Part shown: positions 1 through 9,570 of the stretch, one piece after another | Numbering within the stretch: position 1 is the first letter of the stretch | How the letters are laid out: every line of letters begins with the position of its first letter | IMG/VR virus record: IMGVR_UViG_3300037361_000044 | Span: 96,001-160,000 of that record | Strand: one strand, 5' to 3' | DNA: 64,000 bases | Source of the DNA: a virus | Taxonomy: Duplodnaviria > Caudoviricetes | The notes under the pieces: model-generated | The model's input: the letters and a program-made list of their open reading frames with translations, nothing else | What the model was told of the DNA's origin: nothing | Databases searched by the model: none | Translations under genes and position numbers: made by a program

Positions 1-2
1 AG

Positions 3-3000
3 CAAGGCCTCGTTGGGCACCATCTTATTGCGATTCTGCCAGCCATCACAACCAACGGGATAGTGGCGGACGGTACGTACATCAGCTTGCGTGGCACCGA
101 CGTACGCGAAACACAGGCATGTTTCAGCATGCTTGGCATGGCCACAGGCCTGTACATGCCAAATGTGCCGCCTCGATCAGACGCGGGTAAAGATCAGTCT
201 TTGCGCATGTGCAGTGTCGGGATTCTGGATGGCACGGCCAGCACAGATCCGGAGGGTGGCGCGCTCACCTACAGCTGGAGGCTGATTGACGCACCGTCTA
301 CCAGCTCTTACGCCTTTGAGGGGCATGACGGCTTCACTGTTCCGCTGCCCGTGCCCACTGGCTACACCGACAAGTTCTACTCCGCTGAGCTGGGCAACGA
401 GTCCCTACTGGATGACATAGTGGAGGGCGATGTCGTTCTCTTTGGAAGTGTGGCCTACTCCGTGGTGTCCACGGGCGTTGATGGCACTGGCTTCTACGTG
501 CAGACAACCACGAATGCTTTCGTGGACTCGTTGTCCTCAGTGACCTTCAAGCTCCTGCGCGCGCGCTTCTTGTCGAATGCGGCTACAGCCAAGCCCTCTT
601 TCTATCCGGACGTACCGGGCGTCTACAAGTTCGACTTGGTGGTGTACGACGGCCAGTACTTGAGTACGGCGTCCACCACCGTCGTGAATGTGATGGAGAG
701 CCAGGTACCAAAGGGCTGCATCCCAGACCTCAGCTTCATGTGGCAGCACCTGAGCGACTTCTGGAAGCTGGTGGAAGACCGCGAGCGCATTCAAGTATTG
801 TGGGAGAGTATGGCTCAAGTAGCTGCCGCTGAGCTCCTCACGCTGTGGCAGATCGACTATTCCAAGAGCCTGCGTGATATCCAGCGCACATTTCAGAGAC
901 GTTGGCTGCATTACGATCTGCGGCTCCCCGAGCCACTCCCCGGCCTCACTACGGTGCGGTGCAGCTACGGCGGCGTGGCCACCAATGTCGACATTGACTC
1001 GACGGCGGGCGTTTCTGGTGTGCAAGGCACAGCCCTGGTGATCGAATCGCCGGTGCATGCGACTGTGCGCATTCAGTTTCAGCAGGCCAATCCGTACACC
1101 GCCTCCAAGCTTCAGAGCACGCTGCAGATCAAGCTACAAGGTGCCGACAGCCGGTACAGCGTTGTGGTGTTGGGCACAGGGGCAGCTCAGCGTGTGCTGA
1201 TTGTGGCCCCCTTCTACTTCGTGGTTGGCTCTGGTTCCACCTTGCCGGTGTTCACGGTAGGCGCTGCGAATGCCAAGCCCAGTGGTGTGTGTGGGGTGCG
1301 ACTGGCCCCTCGCACATATCGAGTGGACAGGAGTCTGCAGGGGCTAAGCGTTGTCGAGGGTGACATCCTGGTGGTGGGCGGCAACGGGTACCGCATCTCT
1401 CGAGTAGTTGATGACGTGGGCGATCCCCTTCGGTACCAGCGTTTGGTGCTGCAGGCAGACTTGCCGATGATTCCCGGTGATGCCTGGTCGATCACAGCCA
1501 CGGTTACAAGCCGCCTGCTGAACTTCTACGGTGGTTTGGTCTCTGCTGGGGACCTTGCTGTCTTTGAGGTAACGGACTCCACGGTGGAGGGGTTGACCCT
1601 GTTGTCCGCCCCAGTCACGGCCGCCTGCGAGGCAGAGGTAACGAAGCTGGGTGTGGACCTGACAGCGCTGGGCGCTAGGTTGTCCGTGCCTACGGTTACC
1701 GCGAAGCTGGCGTACGTCACTCGGCGCACTCGGTTGCCGGTGGGGGACTTGGTTACGGATATCCCTTGCCTGCAGGAGAAAATACAAGAGTCGGACGACG
1801 GCGCCATTCTGCGCAGAAACGTCGACTACTTCCTAGAGACCTACCGAGATCACAACTCCATTAGATTCGTTGCAGGAAATAGTTGGGACCCCGGTGACGT
1901 GTGGCAAGGTGGCGTTCCACCGGACCGTCTGTGGTCCGAGGTGACGTACTTCGACAACAGGCCCGCGGTGGAAGCAAACTTCGGTATCCCTGCCGAGTTC
2001 ACATTGGACCAGTTGGCTTCCATTGAATCCGACTTGGATTACTTGTCGGCGGTGCGCGGGCTTTGGTACTCGTACCTGAACGGGCCAACCATGTTCAACC
2101 TGCGTGCGGGGGCGCAGATCCTACTAGGGCTGCCCTTTGCTGAAGAAGCGGGTGTGATCGAGGAGATTCGTACAGATTTCTCGGTGACGCAGGGACGCAT
2201 TCTTGTGCGTGACGCGGCAAACGCCGCCATCGTACGCTCGTACCACTTCCCGCTACCGCTGGGTCTGGAGACCAACCCCAGCACTGGCTTGCTGTACGCA
2301 GTGGGGGATAGCGTGACGCAGTTTGCCCCCTTGGTGCAGGGCGCCGAGGTCATTGACTACGTAAAGGATCCCACTTGGTTCGAGGGGATCATGCATCAAG
2401 GTGTCTTCTTCGAGGTGGAGAAGTTTCACAAGTTCATGATGCGCGTGGATAGTGCCGCGTTCAGTTTGAGCTCTCTCATGTTCGTTCGAAGCTTCGTGCT
2501 GCGCGTGAAGCCCACGTACACCTTCCCCCTGTTCGTAGTACGCTCGGCGGTAAAGGACACCGAGGTCAGTGTGCTCGACACCGTAGTCTGCACTGGACGT
2601 TTGGTGCTGAACGACGGCGCGCGGTTCGATGCATGGAACTACTCCACCATGCTAGATGACTACCGCGCAGCTGGCGGCGGCGTACGTAACCAACTCGATT
2701 CGAACAGCAATCCCTTCGACTCCACTCCGGTCTTCCCTACCCCAGACACCGAGATTCTATGGGGGTTGGACAAGAACTACTTGTCGCCCGAGGACCACAT
2801 CGTAGTGTCTTGGCTGTACGCGCATGCGGGGGGACCGGTACCTCTGGACGCTGGGTTCAAGTTGGATGGAGGCAACGTGCCGTCTTTCCCATTCTCGGCG
2901 ACACCACTAACCGCGGTTCCTGCTGCTCCGGGTGGGTACTTGTTCGGGAGCACGTTCACGGTGGGTGTGGCAGGGAACATCGAAGGCATCCGCCTGATCG

Positions 3001-3299
3001 TTCAAGGGGGTCTTGGCGCTGGGGCGCTGGGAGACTACGTGCTGTCGGTGCTGGTGAATAGCGTGGCGCACACGTCGGCCATCACTATTCCGCCGGGCGG
3101 TATGATCGGCTCCATATCCCTCACGGGCGTGGCTGTCGTGCCAGGTGATACCGTGGAACTGCGCCTGATTCCTGGTAGCTCGGGGGCGCGCACGCCTGAC
3201 TGGACGTACTTCTCGGCCATACTGGACTGCACGCCGGTACCCTTTCAACTCGACACCGGCTTGGCCGCCGGTACATACTCCAACAGCCGAGTGCTCTAA
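3..3299 (+). CDS. Large virion structural protein, probable baseplate wedge, with PKD/Ig-like segment (5'-truncated)
   Basis: Frame is open from base 3. PKD-like motifs LDGTASTDPEGGALTYSW and PDVPGVYKFDLVVYDG; lies upstream of tail-fibre genes. Confidence 0.6.
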   Translation, partial: QGLVGHHLIAILPAITTNGIVADGTYISLRGTDVRETQACFSMLGMATGLYMPNVPPRSDAGKDQSLRMCSVGILDGTASTDPEGGALTYSWRLIDAPSTSSYAFEGHDGFTVPLPVPTGYTDKFYSAELGNESLLDDIVEGDVVLFGSVAYSVVSTGVDGTGFYVQTTTNAFVDSLSSVTFKLLRARFLSNAATAKPSFYPDVPGVYKFDLVVYDGQYLSTASTTVVNVMESQVPKGCIPDLSFMWQHLSDFWKLVEDRERIQVLWESMAQVAAAELLTLWQIDYSKSLRDIQRTFQRRWLHYDLRLPEPLPGLTTVRCSYGGVATNVDIDSTAGVSGVQGTALVIESPVHATVRIQFQQANPYTASKLQSTLQIKLQGADSRYSVVVLGTGAAQRVLIVAPFYFVVGSGSTLPVFTVGAANAKPSGVCGVRLAPRTYRVDRSLQGLSVVEGDILVVGGNGYRISRVVDDVGDPLRYQRLVLQADLPMIPGDAWSITATVTSRLLNFYGGLVSAGDLAVFEVTDSTVEGLTLLSAPVTAACEAEVTKLGVDLTALGARLSVPTVTAKLAYVTRRTRLPVGDLVTDIPCLQEKIQESDDGAILRRNVDYFLETYRDHNSIRFVAGNSWDPGDVWQGGVPPDRLWSEVTYFDNRPAVEANFGIPAEFTLDQLASIESDLDYLSAVRGLWYSYLNGPTMFNLRAGAQILLGLPFAEEAGVIEEIRTDFSVTQGRILVRDAANAAIVRSYHFPLPLGLETNPSTGLLYAVGDSVTQFAPLVQGAEVIDYVKDPTWFEGIMHQGVFFEVEKFHKFMMRVDSAAFSLSSLMFVRSFVLRVKPTYTFPLFVVRSAVKDTEVSVLDTVVCTGRLVLNDGARFDAWNYSTMLDDYRAAGGGVRNQLDSNSNPFDSTPVFPTPDTEILWGLDKNYLSPEDHIVVSWLYAHAGGPVPLDAGFKLDGGNVPSFPFSATPLTAVPAAPGGYLFGSTFTVGVAGNIEGIRLIVQGGLGAGALGDYVLSVLVNSVAHTSAITIPPGGMIGSISLTGVAVVPGDTVELRLIPGSSGARTPDWTYFSAILDCTPVPFQLDTGLAAGTYSNSRVL

Positions 3300-3305
3300 C
3301 CTACA

Positions 3306-3314
3306 TGCTAGAAT
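3306..3314 (+). promoter_or_regulatory. Extended -10-like promoter element (TGCTAGAAT)
   Basis: TGn-TAGAAT in a short intergenic gap, 13 nt before ATG 3328. Confidence 0.45.
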
Positions 3315-3327
3315 TGCGAGAAGTCGA

Positions 3328-3957
3328 ATGAGGTTCCTAGAAACAGTCGAGGTCCAGAACAACCTCAAGCTCATCGCAAGGGATAGGGGCAAGATCGTCG
3401 CCAGACGAGAAGGCCACAACATCTGGCTGGACATCGGCCGGGAGTACTTGGCGGCGCTGATTGCGTTGACCTCGTACGGACCCGATACGCCGGAGCGCAA
3501 CGACCGTATCAAGTACATGGGCTTCGGTGTGGGCGGCACTCGGCAGGTAGCTCCCGGCATCGCCAACACGGCCCCCATTTCCGTGGCGTACCCGGGCACG
3601 AATGTGCAGACAGACCTTGACCCTACGGTGACCCGCTTGGAGCGCCCAGTGCGCGTCTCCGGCACCACCACGTCACCTAGCAGTCCGTATTCGGCAACGG
3701 ACGTTTGGCTTGGGACCATTCAGGCGCCGCCCATCCACACCACGACGAGCCAGGTGACCTTTCGACGGCTGTTTACGCAGACCGAGATCAGCTATGCCAC
3801 GTTCCTTTCGGTGCCACTCAGCGAGGTGGGCCTTTATACCTCGTTGGCTGTCCCTATTGGTCGGCCCTACAACACCCCCGTTGCCTATGACACCTTCGAC
3901 ACGATTTCAAAGACCGGTGCCTTTGAGATCGAGGTCGATTGGACTGTGAGGTTCTGA
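3328..3957 (+). CDS. Baseplate/tail-fibre attachment protein
   Basis: GHNIW..GR, YMGFGVGG, LSEVGLY and C-terminal KT.AFEIEVDWTVRF resemble phage tail-collar/baseplate proteins. Confidence 0.6.
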   Translation: MRFLETVEVQNNLKLIARDRGKIVARREGHNIWLDIGREYLAALIALTSYGPDTPERNDRIKYMGFGVGGTRQVAPGIANTAPISVAYPGTNVQTDLDPTVTRLERPVRVSGTTTSPSSPYSATDVWLGTIQAPPIHTTTSQVTFRRLFTQTEISYATFLSVPLSEVGLYTSLAVPIGRPYNTPVAYDTFDTISKTGAFEIEVDWTVRF

Positions 3958-3961
3958 GATC

Positions 3962-6103
3962 ATGTTCCATCGTTTGACAGTACCCACGTATTTCGGTGGT
4001 CTTCCAGTTGGGGCTGACTACCTCAACACGCCGTCCGACCCCAGTGTAGGCGGCTCTGGTGTACCTGCCACGGCAGATGGAAAGAAGTCAGGGGGACCCA
4101 ATGACGGGACCTACTTCTATGCCTTCGGGGAGGATGCTACATCCTACTTTCTCAACAGAGGGGTGAAGGCCGTCGGTGAGAACACCGATACGCTCGACGA
4201 CTACCTGCACAGGGACGTGGCCGTCCCTGTACGCACGTTGAGCTCAACCGCGGGCACGCCTGTCTCGGCCATCGCCATCACTGGGCAGATCTTCATCGGC
4301 GCTCTAGGCACCGTAAACAACCAGGAGAACCGCGACTCGCTGTTCAGCGTCTTGGACAGTAGTGGCAATGAGATTCTAGCGGCCACCGGAAGTGGCGTTG
4401 TACAGGTAGGCCTGGTTCACGACGGCAGCGGCAACAACGTGGTCGGCACCCTAGCGAGCGGCTTCCGCAATGGCGTATCGCTCACGTTGACCAACGCGAT
4501 CCCAGTAGGCACCACTTACTACGTGGTGTACGGTGAGCGCGGCAACTTGGCAGCGCTGCCCGTAGACGCGTTTACCAGCATCAAAGTACGTGCTTCGCAG
4601 GAGGTGTCGGCAGAGGTTGAGCGGCTTCTCCGTGACCTGCATGGAACCGAGGCCTACCAGTTTGCATGGAATGACCCGTGGCCCGTGTCCATCAATGGCC
4701 TGTTGCGTGGTGGCTTGGATGCAAGGTACCGCAACTCCAGTGCGGATGCAGGGACCACCGGGCACATTGATACGGCGGGGGCTGGCTCTCGTATTTATCG
4801 AGATGGCCCAGCTGTGACCTTTGCGTGTCCCAACTTTGGGTGGGACACCATTGGCTACGCGGAGAACAGCACCCCAGACCCCACGCTGGCCTGTTTGCGC
4901 ATCACGCGCTCTTCTACGGCCAACACCATGCCCAGTCAGAACTTGGGTGGGGACATCGGGCTGATGCAGGAGTCACCGTACGCGCATACGTACGACTACA
5001 CCAGCGAGCGCCCATGGGGTAACCACCTTACGGGCCCGCTGCTGTTGGATGTTGCCTACTACAACTTCGGCGCAAGCACGATCATGGGCAATACGCTGCT
5101 GACGCGTATCGGCACAGAGAACGTGGCCTTGCTGAATCCCGATGCGACTGGAGAAGGCCTTACCCCAGGTTGCCTGCGCACGCTTCAGGTTGCTTCCCCA
5201 GACTACTTGCGGCTTGGTGGCGCTACGGCGTTGCGCACCACAGACCTGATCGAGGTCATAAACCACTCGACAGGGGCTGTAATAGGCACCTTCCGTGTCG
5301 ACGACATTCTCTCGGATACCCGCTTCAGGCTTCGTGCGCTTTCCGGCGACAACGGGATCACCCCCGGCGTAGCCATGCAAGCCACGCAGGTCCGTCTACG
5401 CTGGTTACAACCAACGCTGTCCGCAGGTGGACGTTTCCGTGAGTACGCCACGAACCCCGACTACAACACTCCACACTTCATGGTGGCGCAGCCGGGTCAG
5501 GTCACCTCGGATGTGAATGAGGCCGTTTGGGCCACGCACAATGCCATCTTCCTTTCGGCGTTGAACAGCCGCAAGTGGAACGGCACGCAAGTCACCAACG
5601 ACATGCTCTTGAGCTCGATGGCATGGGGTGGCTTCGACATCTACGGAAGGCCAGCGGTCAAGGGCGTGCTCCGCGGTGATGGCGGCATTGACTGTATTGG
5701 CGGCAGGCAGCGGATGAACCTACTGAACCGGGCTGAGTACATAAGTTCGTACTCCGGTGCTGGTAGCGTCACTTGCGTCAGCCCCTACGGGGCGGCCTCA
5801 CATATCGAGTACTACGTCAACCCCACGGCTACGACGCACTTGACCTTCCAGTTCCTTATGAGTAGCTGGGGGTACGCCTATGAAGTGGGCGACGAGTTCG
5901 ACTTTGCGCTGCATATAGCAGCAGGAGCTGTCGGTCCGTTGGACATGATATGGCCAGCTGATTTTCACTTCAGTGGCAATGACGCCACGGTTCCTGGGGC
6001 AAATGCCACGGCAAACACGTACACGTTGCTGTACCGATTCAAGTACATAAATCGCAATGGCACGCCTGGTTGGTACGCCACACGCACCGACTACGACTCG
6101 TAA
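3962..6103 (+). CDS. Tail fibre/baseplate-associated virion protein
   Basis: 713-aa G/T/S-rich ORF in the tail module. Confidence 0.55.
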   Translation: MFHRLTVPTYFGGLPVGADYLNTPSDPSVGGSGVPATADGKKSGGPNDGTYFYAFGEDATSYFLNRGVKAVGENTDTLDDYLHRDVAVPVRTLSSTAGTPVSAIAITGQIFIGALGTVNNQENRDSLFSVLDSSGNEILAATGSGVVQVGLVHDGSGNNVVGTLASGFRNGVSLTLTNAIPVGTTYYVVYGERGNLAALPVDAFTSIKVRASQEVSAEVERLLRDLHGTEAYQFAWNDPWPVSINGLLRGGLDARYRNSSADAGTTGHIDTAGAGSRIYRDGPAVTFACPNFGWDTIGYAENSTPDPTLACLRITRSSTANTMPSQNLGGDIGLMQESPYAHTYDYTSERPWGNHLTGPLLLDVAYYNFGASTIMGNTLLTRIGTENVALLNPDATGEGLTPGCLRTLQVASPDYLRLGGATALRTTDLIEVINHSTGAVIGTFRVDDILSDTRFRLRALSGDNGITPGVAMQATQVRLRWLQPTLSAGGRFREYATNPDYNTPHFMVAQPGQVTSDVNEAVWATHNAIFLSALNSRKWNGTQVTNDMLLSSMAWGGFDIYGRPAVKGVLRGDGGIDCIGGRQRMNLLNRAEYISSYSGAGSVTCVSPYGAASHIEYYVNPTATTHLTFQFLMSSWGYAYEVGDEFDFALHIAAGAVGPLDMIWPADFHFSGNDATVPGANATANTYTLLYRFKYINRNGTPGWYATRTDYDS

Positions 6104-6114
6104 GGAAGAGCATC

Positions 6115-6537
6115 ATGCAAGACCTGGACATCATCGGACTGCTAACTCGCCCCGGCACGTACGTTCTTGGCTTGGCCATCTACATTGTGACGTTCTTTAT
6201 TCGTCGCATCGTGGAGGGTATTCAGCCGAAGTGGAAGAAGCAGGCAGATGCCAACGCAGCTAAGACCACGTACCTGACTACCTGGTCGCGTTGGTGGAAC
6301 GAGGTTATTCTGTACGCGATCCCCGTGTATTTTGGGGGTGCCAGTGGACTACTCAAGAGTGACTTCTTCTTTGCTGGCATCGGGGACAAGGGAGGACGCA
6401 TCATCTTCGGCGTCGCTGTGGGGTACTTGTCCAGCTTCCTGTACAAGTGCCTGCAAAAGGTAATCAAGCAGAAGCTCGGACTCGACATCGTTCCAGACGT
6501 GGACGCAAAGGACGGCGACACGCCGGCGGGTGGGTAA
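6115..6537 (+). CDS. Membrane protein with about 3 TM segments (holin candidate)
   Basis: ATG after TAAGGAAG; three hydrophobic stretches and a charged C-terminus. Confidence 0.45.
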   Translation: MQDLDIIGLLTRPGTYVLGLAIYIVTFFIRRIVEGIQPKWKKQADANAAKTTYLTTWSRWWNEVILYAIPVYFGGASGLLKSDFFFAGIGDKGGRIIFGVAVGYLSSFLYKCLQKVIKQKLGLDIVPDVDAKDGDTPAGG

Positions 6538-6538
6538 G

Positions 6539-6907
6539 ATGACGACCCCGGTCTGGCTTTTCTTGACGTGGGAGTGGCTCAAGCGGTACTGGAAGTGGCT
6601 GCTTCTTCCGCTTGGTATTCTTCTGTGGTTCTTAGGGCGAGCAACCGCCAAGAAGGAAGTCACTGTCACCAGCACGGCACTGGCCGAATCCGACACAGCC
6701 AAGGCAGCCATCGATGCGAAGGCTTTGGAACAGACGGCGCAGGCGGACGCGAAGGAGGCAGCCCAACTAGCGGTGGTTACATCCCAGCGCTCGGCGGCAG
6801 TTGCAGCGGCCACTCAAACGCAGATTGATGCGGCATCAGCTGCCCAAGGTGATTCGGGGGCAGTGAACTCTATACTCACCAACGTGGGCAAGGATATGAG
6901 ACGATGA
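6539..6907 (+). CDS. N-terminal TM + Ala-rich helical protein (i-spanin-like candidate)
   Basis: WKWLLLPLGILLWFLG anchor followed by an Ala/Gln-rich coiled coil. Confidence 0.4.
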   Translation: MTTPVWLFLTWEWLKRYWKWLLLPLGILLWFLGRATAKKEVTVTSTALAESDTAKAAIDAKALEQTAQADAKEAAQLAVVTSQRSAAVAAATQTQIDAASAAQGDSGAVNSILTNVGKDMRR

Positions 6908-7890
6908 ATCATGGGCAAGTTACACGGGCGCAGGGGATTCATTCTATTGTTGCGTTCGTGTACGCAAACGCTGCAGCACGTGCAGGGGCCACCGGGCTAA
7001 CTGCGGCAGATGTCGGTAAAGTGGCCCTGCAGGCGGACTCTGGAACTTACTGGATTCTTGCTAGCACCTCCCCCACGTGGCTGCAGGTGAACGTAGGGGC
7101 TGTGGTTCTGCCTTCCTGGAAAACATTATTTAGTGTGGACTTTACTGCGCACGCAGCGGTTGACATGTCCGTGGATGGTGCGGTGCTCGTTGGTGGTGTG
7201 TCAGCCACGAAGCAGGGGTCTTCTTATGGCTCGTCTTTTGTACTCAACGGCATTCAGCCAAATATGGGATTGAGTTTGATGCCGAATATGGCCGGCGCCA
7301 ATGATCCGCGCCAGCCGATCATAAAGAGGCCGTCCCTGCGGTTCCAGCTGAACACATTATTGGGCTCCAGCTGGCCGCATGGGATGCCGTTGCGTGTAAC
7401 TACGGTTTTGAATTACGTAGGCGCCTACATACCGAATGGTAATAACCAGTACTTGGGTGTGATTGCCCAGGGTACCAGTGTAGGGCGGATGGGTTCTATT
7501 ATTCAGCAGACAGGTGGGCATGCCAACGTTGTGACTAGTGTCACGACCTACTCAGCCCCTGATGGCAACTACTCGCTGAATGCAAGCACAGACTCTAACT
7601 ACACGGGGTTACGCGTGTTGCAACTTGAGCTACCGCAAGGGGTAGTGGGACCCATTGTCTACCGAGGGGCTGCAGGGACAGCCATACCCAGTACAGATGA
7701 CGCGGCCTGGCTGCACCTCGGCGTCGTAGCTAGCTGGGGCGGAACGGCTTCGTCTACGTTCAGCACAGACCCCACCGCAGGGTTAGCTGCTAACTGGGCT
7801 GTGGAGCTCGGTAACTGGGGGAGTGGTTACGAGAACGCGGCGCTGATTCCTCCGAAGTACACCAGCCTTCTTGTCGAGGCCTTCTCGTAG
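6904..7890 (+). CDS. Putative receptor-binding/fibre protein
   Basis: N-terminal ~60 aa resemble the N-terminus of 12096..14798; beta-rich C-terminal domain; visibly AT-richer DNA. Confidence 0.55.
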   Translation: MNHGQVTRAQGIHSIVAFVYANAAARAGATGLTAADVGKVALQADSGTYWILASTSPTWLQVNVGAVVLPSWKTLFSVDFTAHAAVDMSVDGAVLVGGVSATKQGSSYGSSFVLNGIQPNMGLSLMPNMAGANDPRQPIIKRPSLRFQLNTLLGSSWPHGMPLRVTTVLNYVGAYIPNGNNQYLGVIAQGTSVGRMGSIIQQTGGHANVVTSVTTYSAPDGNYSLNASTDSNYTGLRVLQLELPQGVVGPIVYRGAAGTAIPSTDDAAWLHLGVVASWGGTASSTFSTDPTAGLAANWAVELGNWGSGYENAALIPPKYTSLLVEAFS

Positions 7891-7892
7891 CC

Positions 7893-8444
7893 ATGCCCAC
7901 TTTCATGTTACGGGAGCTACAAGAAGAGTTCCCAGCTTTTTGTTTAGTGGCAAAAGCGGACAGTCGCCTCATGCGGTTCCTTGATGTACTTCTTCGCGTC
8001 ATCACGTTTGGTACTGCCCGCGGGTTTATGACGAACTTCATCACTACCATCGGGTACACGGTGTACGTGAACAAGGGGTGGGACGACTCGTCGGAGGTGG
8101 GCAAGATCATCGTCCTACGTCACGAGCGTGTGCACATGCGGCAGCGGCGCAAGTACGGGTCTTTCCTGTTCTCGCTGATGTACTTGCTGCTGCCGGTACC
8201 CTGTGTGTTCGCCTACTTTAGGATGAAGTTCGAGATGGAAGCGTACGCGGAGACGCTTCGGGCCATCGTGGAGCTCAACGAGGGGGCCATCCCCACCCTG
8301 AAAACGTATGGTCACAAGCAGTACGTGGTCAGCTTCTTCACAGGCCCCGCGTACTTCTGGACGTGGCCGTTCCGCAGAAGGGTGGAGGCGTGGTATGACG
8401 CCTCGTTGAAAAAGGCCTTGGTCTCAGCTCGAAGTCCCGTTTAG
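7893..8444 (+). CDS. HExxH zinc metalloprotease-like protein
   Basis: VLRHERVHMRQ motif with downstream FEMEAY third-ligand Glu. Confidence 0.65.
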   Translation: MPTFMLRELQEEFPAFCLVAKADSRLMRFLDVLLRVITFGTARGFMTNFITTIGYTVYVNKGWDDSSEVGKIIVLRHERVHMRQRRKYGSFLFSLMYLLLPVPCVFAYFRMKFEMEAYAETLRAIVELNEGAIPTLKTYGHKQYVVSFFTGPAYFWTWPFRRRVEAWYDASLKKALVSARSPV

Positions 8445-8454
8445 GCCCGTAGGA

Positions 8455-8463
8455 TGCTACCCT
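8455..8463 (+). promoter_or_regulatory. Extended -10-like element (TGCTACCCT), possibly a leaderless transcript
   Basis: Hexamer ends 7 nt before ATG 8471. Confidence 0.35.
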
Positions 8464-8470
8464 GGGGTGG

Positions 8471-8959
8471 ATGAACTGGCGAGCAAGCATCATAGTCCTC
8501 CTGCTTCCCGCTGTTGCTCTGGCTGAGCAGCCGCAGCTTCCGACACCCCAAGTGGTCACGTATCCACCCGGGGACGACAAGATCACGGTTGTGCGCAAGG
8601 GCGACCCGGTACCCTACACGGGCCAGCTGTTTGAGGACAACACAGCCCTTCGTTGGGCGGTGTGGCTTCAGCAGTACAAGGCCAGATACGGCCTCGACAT
8701 GAAGGCCGAGCAGGATAGCTGCCAGGTGCGCCTGCAGCATACCTCAGACCTGGCCAAGATCGAGGCAGACCGCACAGCCAAGATCGAGGCAGACCTCCGT
8801 CAGCGGCTGAAGGATACGGATGCTCAGAGACTGAAGCTCGAGGAGGAACTTCGAAACCCAGGCTTCTTCAAGCAGCCTGGGCTATGGGTTGGCGTAGGGG
8901 TAGTCACAACCCTGGCAGCGGTGGCCGTTACCGCGTACGCCGTGCACGAAACCAAGTGA
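8471..8959 (+). CDS. Exported coiled-coil protein with C-terminal membrane anchor
   Basis: Signal peptide ending AVALA, central coiled coil, C-terminal LWVGVGVVTTLAAVAVTAYAV. Confidence 0.55.
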   Translation: MNWRASIIVLLLPAVALAEQPQLPTPQVVTYPPGDDKITVVRKGDPVPYTGQLFEDNTALRWAVWLQQYKARYGLDMKAEQDSCQVRLQHTSDLAKIEADRTAKIEADLRQRLKDTDAQRLKLEEELRNPGFFKQPGLWVGVGVVTTLAAVAVTAYAVHETK

Positions 8960-8967
8960 GGTAGCCG

Positions 8968-9243
8968 TTGGCAACGATAACCATCGGGAGGAAGCTCAGC
9001 TACCTCACGGACTCTGTAACGACAGCACAGGGTCCGTCCGGTGGGCAACCGTGGCTTACGGCCGAGCAGAACCAGCTTGTACCCACGCAGTATGACTACC
9101 TGGGCCTGTCGTACCACCCAACCAAGACGGACTTGGTGACTGGCGTCGTCTACAAGATAGGCGGCGCTTCCGGTATTGTAGTCGCCACATTGGCCATTAC
9201 ATACGACGCCAACGACAACATTTCCTCCGTAACGAGAACCTAG
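8968..9243 (+). CDS. Small virion-associated hypothetical protein
   Basis: TTG start after GAGG; tightly packed in the operon. Confidence 0.55.
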   Translation: MATITIGRKLSYLTDSVTTAQGPSGGQPWLTAEQNQLVPTQYDYLGLSYHPTKTDLVTGVVYKIGGASGIVVATLAITYDANDNISSVTRT

Positions 9244-9569
9244 TGCCAAGGCTGGCCTTCAACCCATTTACCGGCAACTTCGACTACGTCACCAGGCGTG
9301 GCGAGAATACGCGTGTCGGTGTGGCGTTGTCGGGGGCCGTTGACGGTACGAACGTGACCTTCGCAACTCCCCAGAAGTTCTTAGTTAGAGGTGGCTGCAC
9401 CATCGCCGTGTACCTGAATGGTGTCCGCCTTTCCCCAGGAGCTACGAGTGATTACGTCATCGCGGAGTCTGGGGGTCCTGGCTCAGGCCATGATACAGTT
9501 ATTCTAGCTATCGCCCCCAAACCTACGCCAACCTTAGACCAGCTGGTGGCCGACTACATGGAGCTTTGA
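9243..9569 (+). CDS. Small virion protein (FNPFTGNFDY N-terminus)
   Basis: Overlapping stop/start; GAVDGTN..F and VYLNGVR motifs typical of phage decoration/tail proteins. Confidence 0.55.
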   Translation: MPRLAFNPFTGNFDYVTRRGENTRVGVALSGAVDGTNVTFATPQKFLVRGGCTIAVYLNGVRLSPGATSDYVIAESGGPGSGHDTVILAIAPKPTPTLDQLVADYMEL

Positions 9570-9570
9570 T

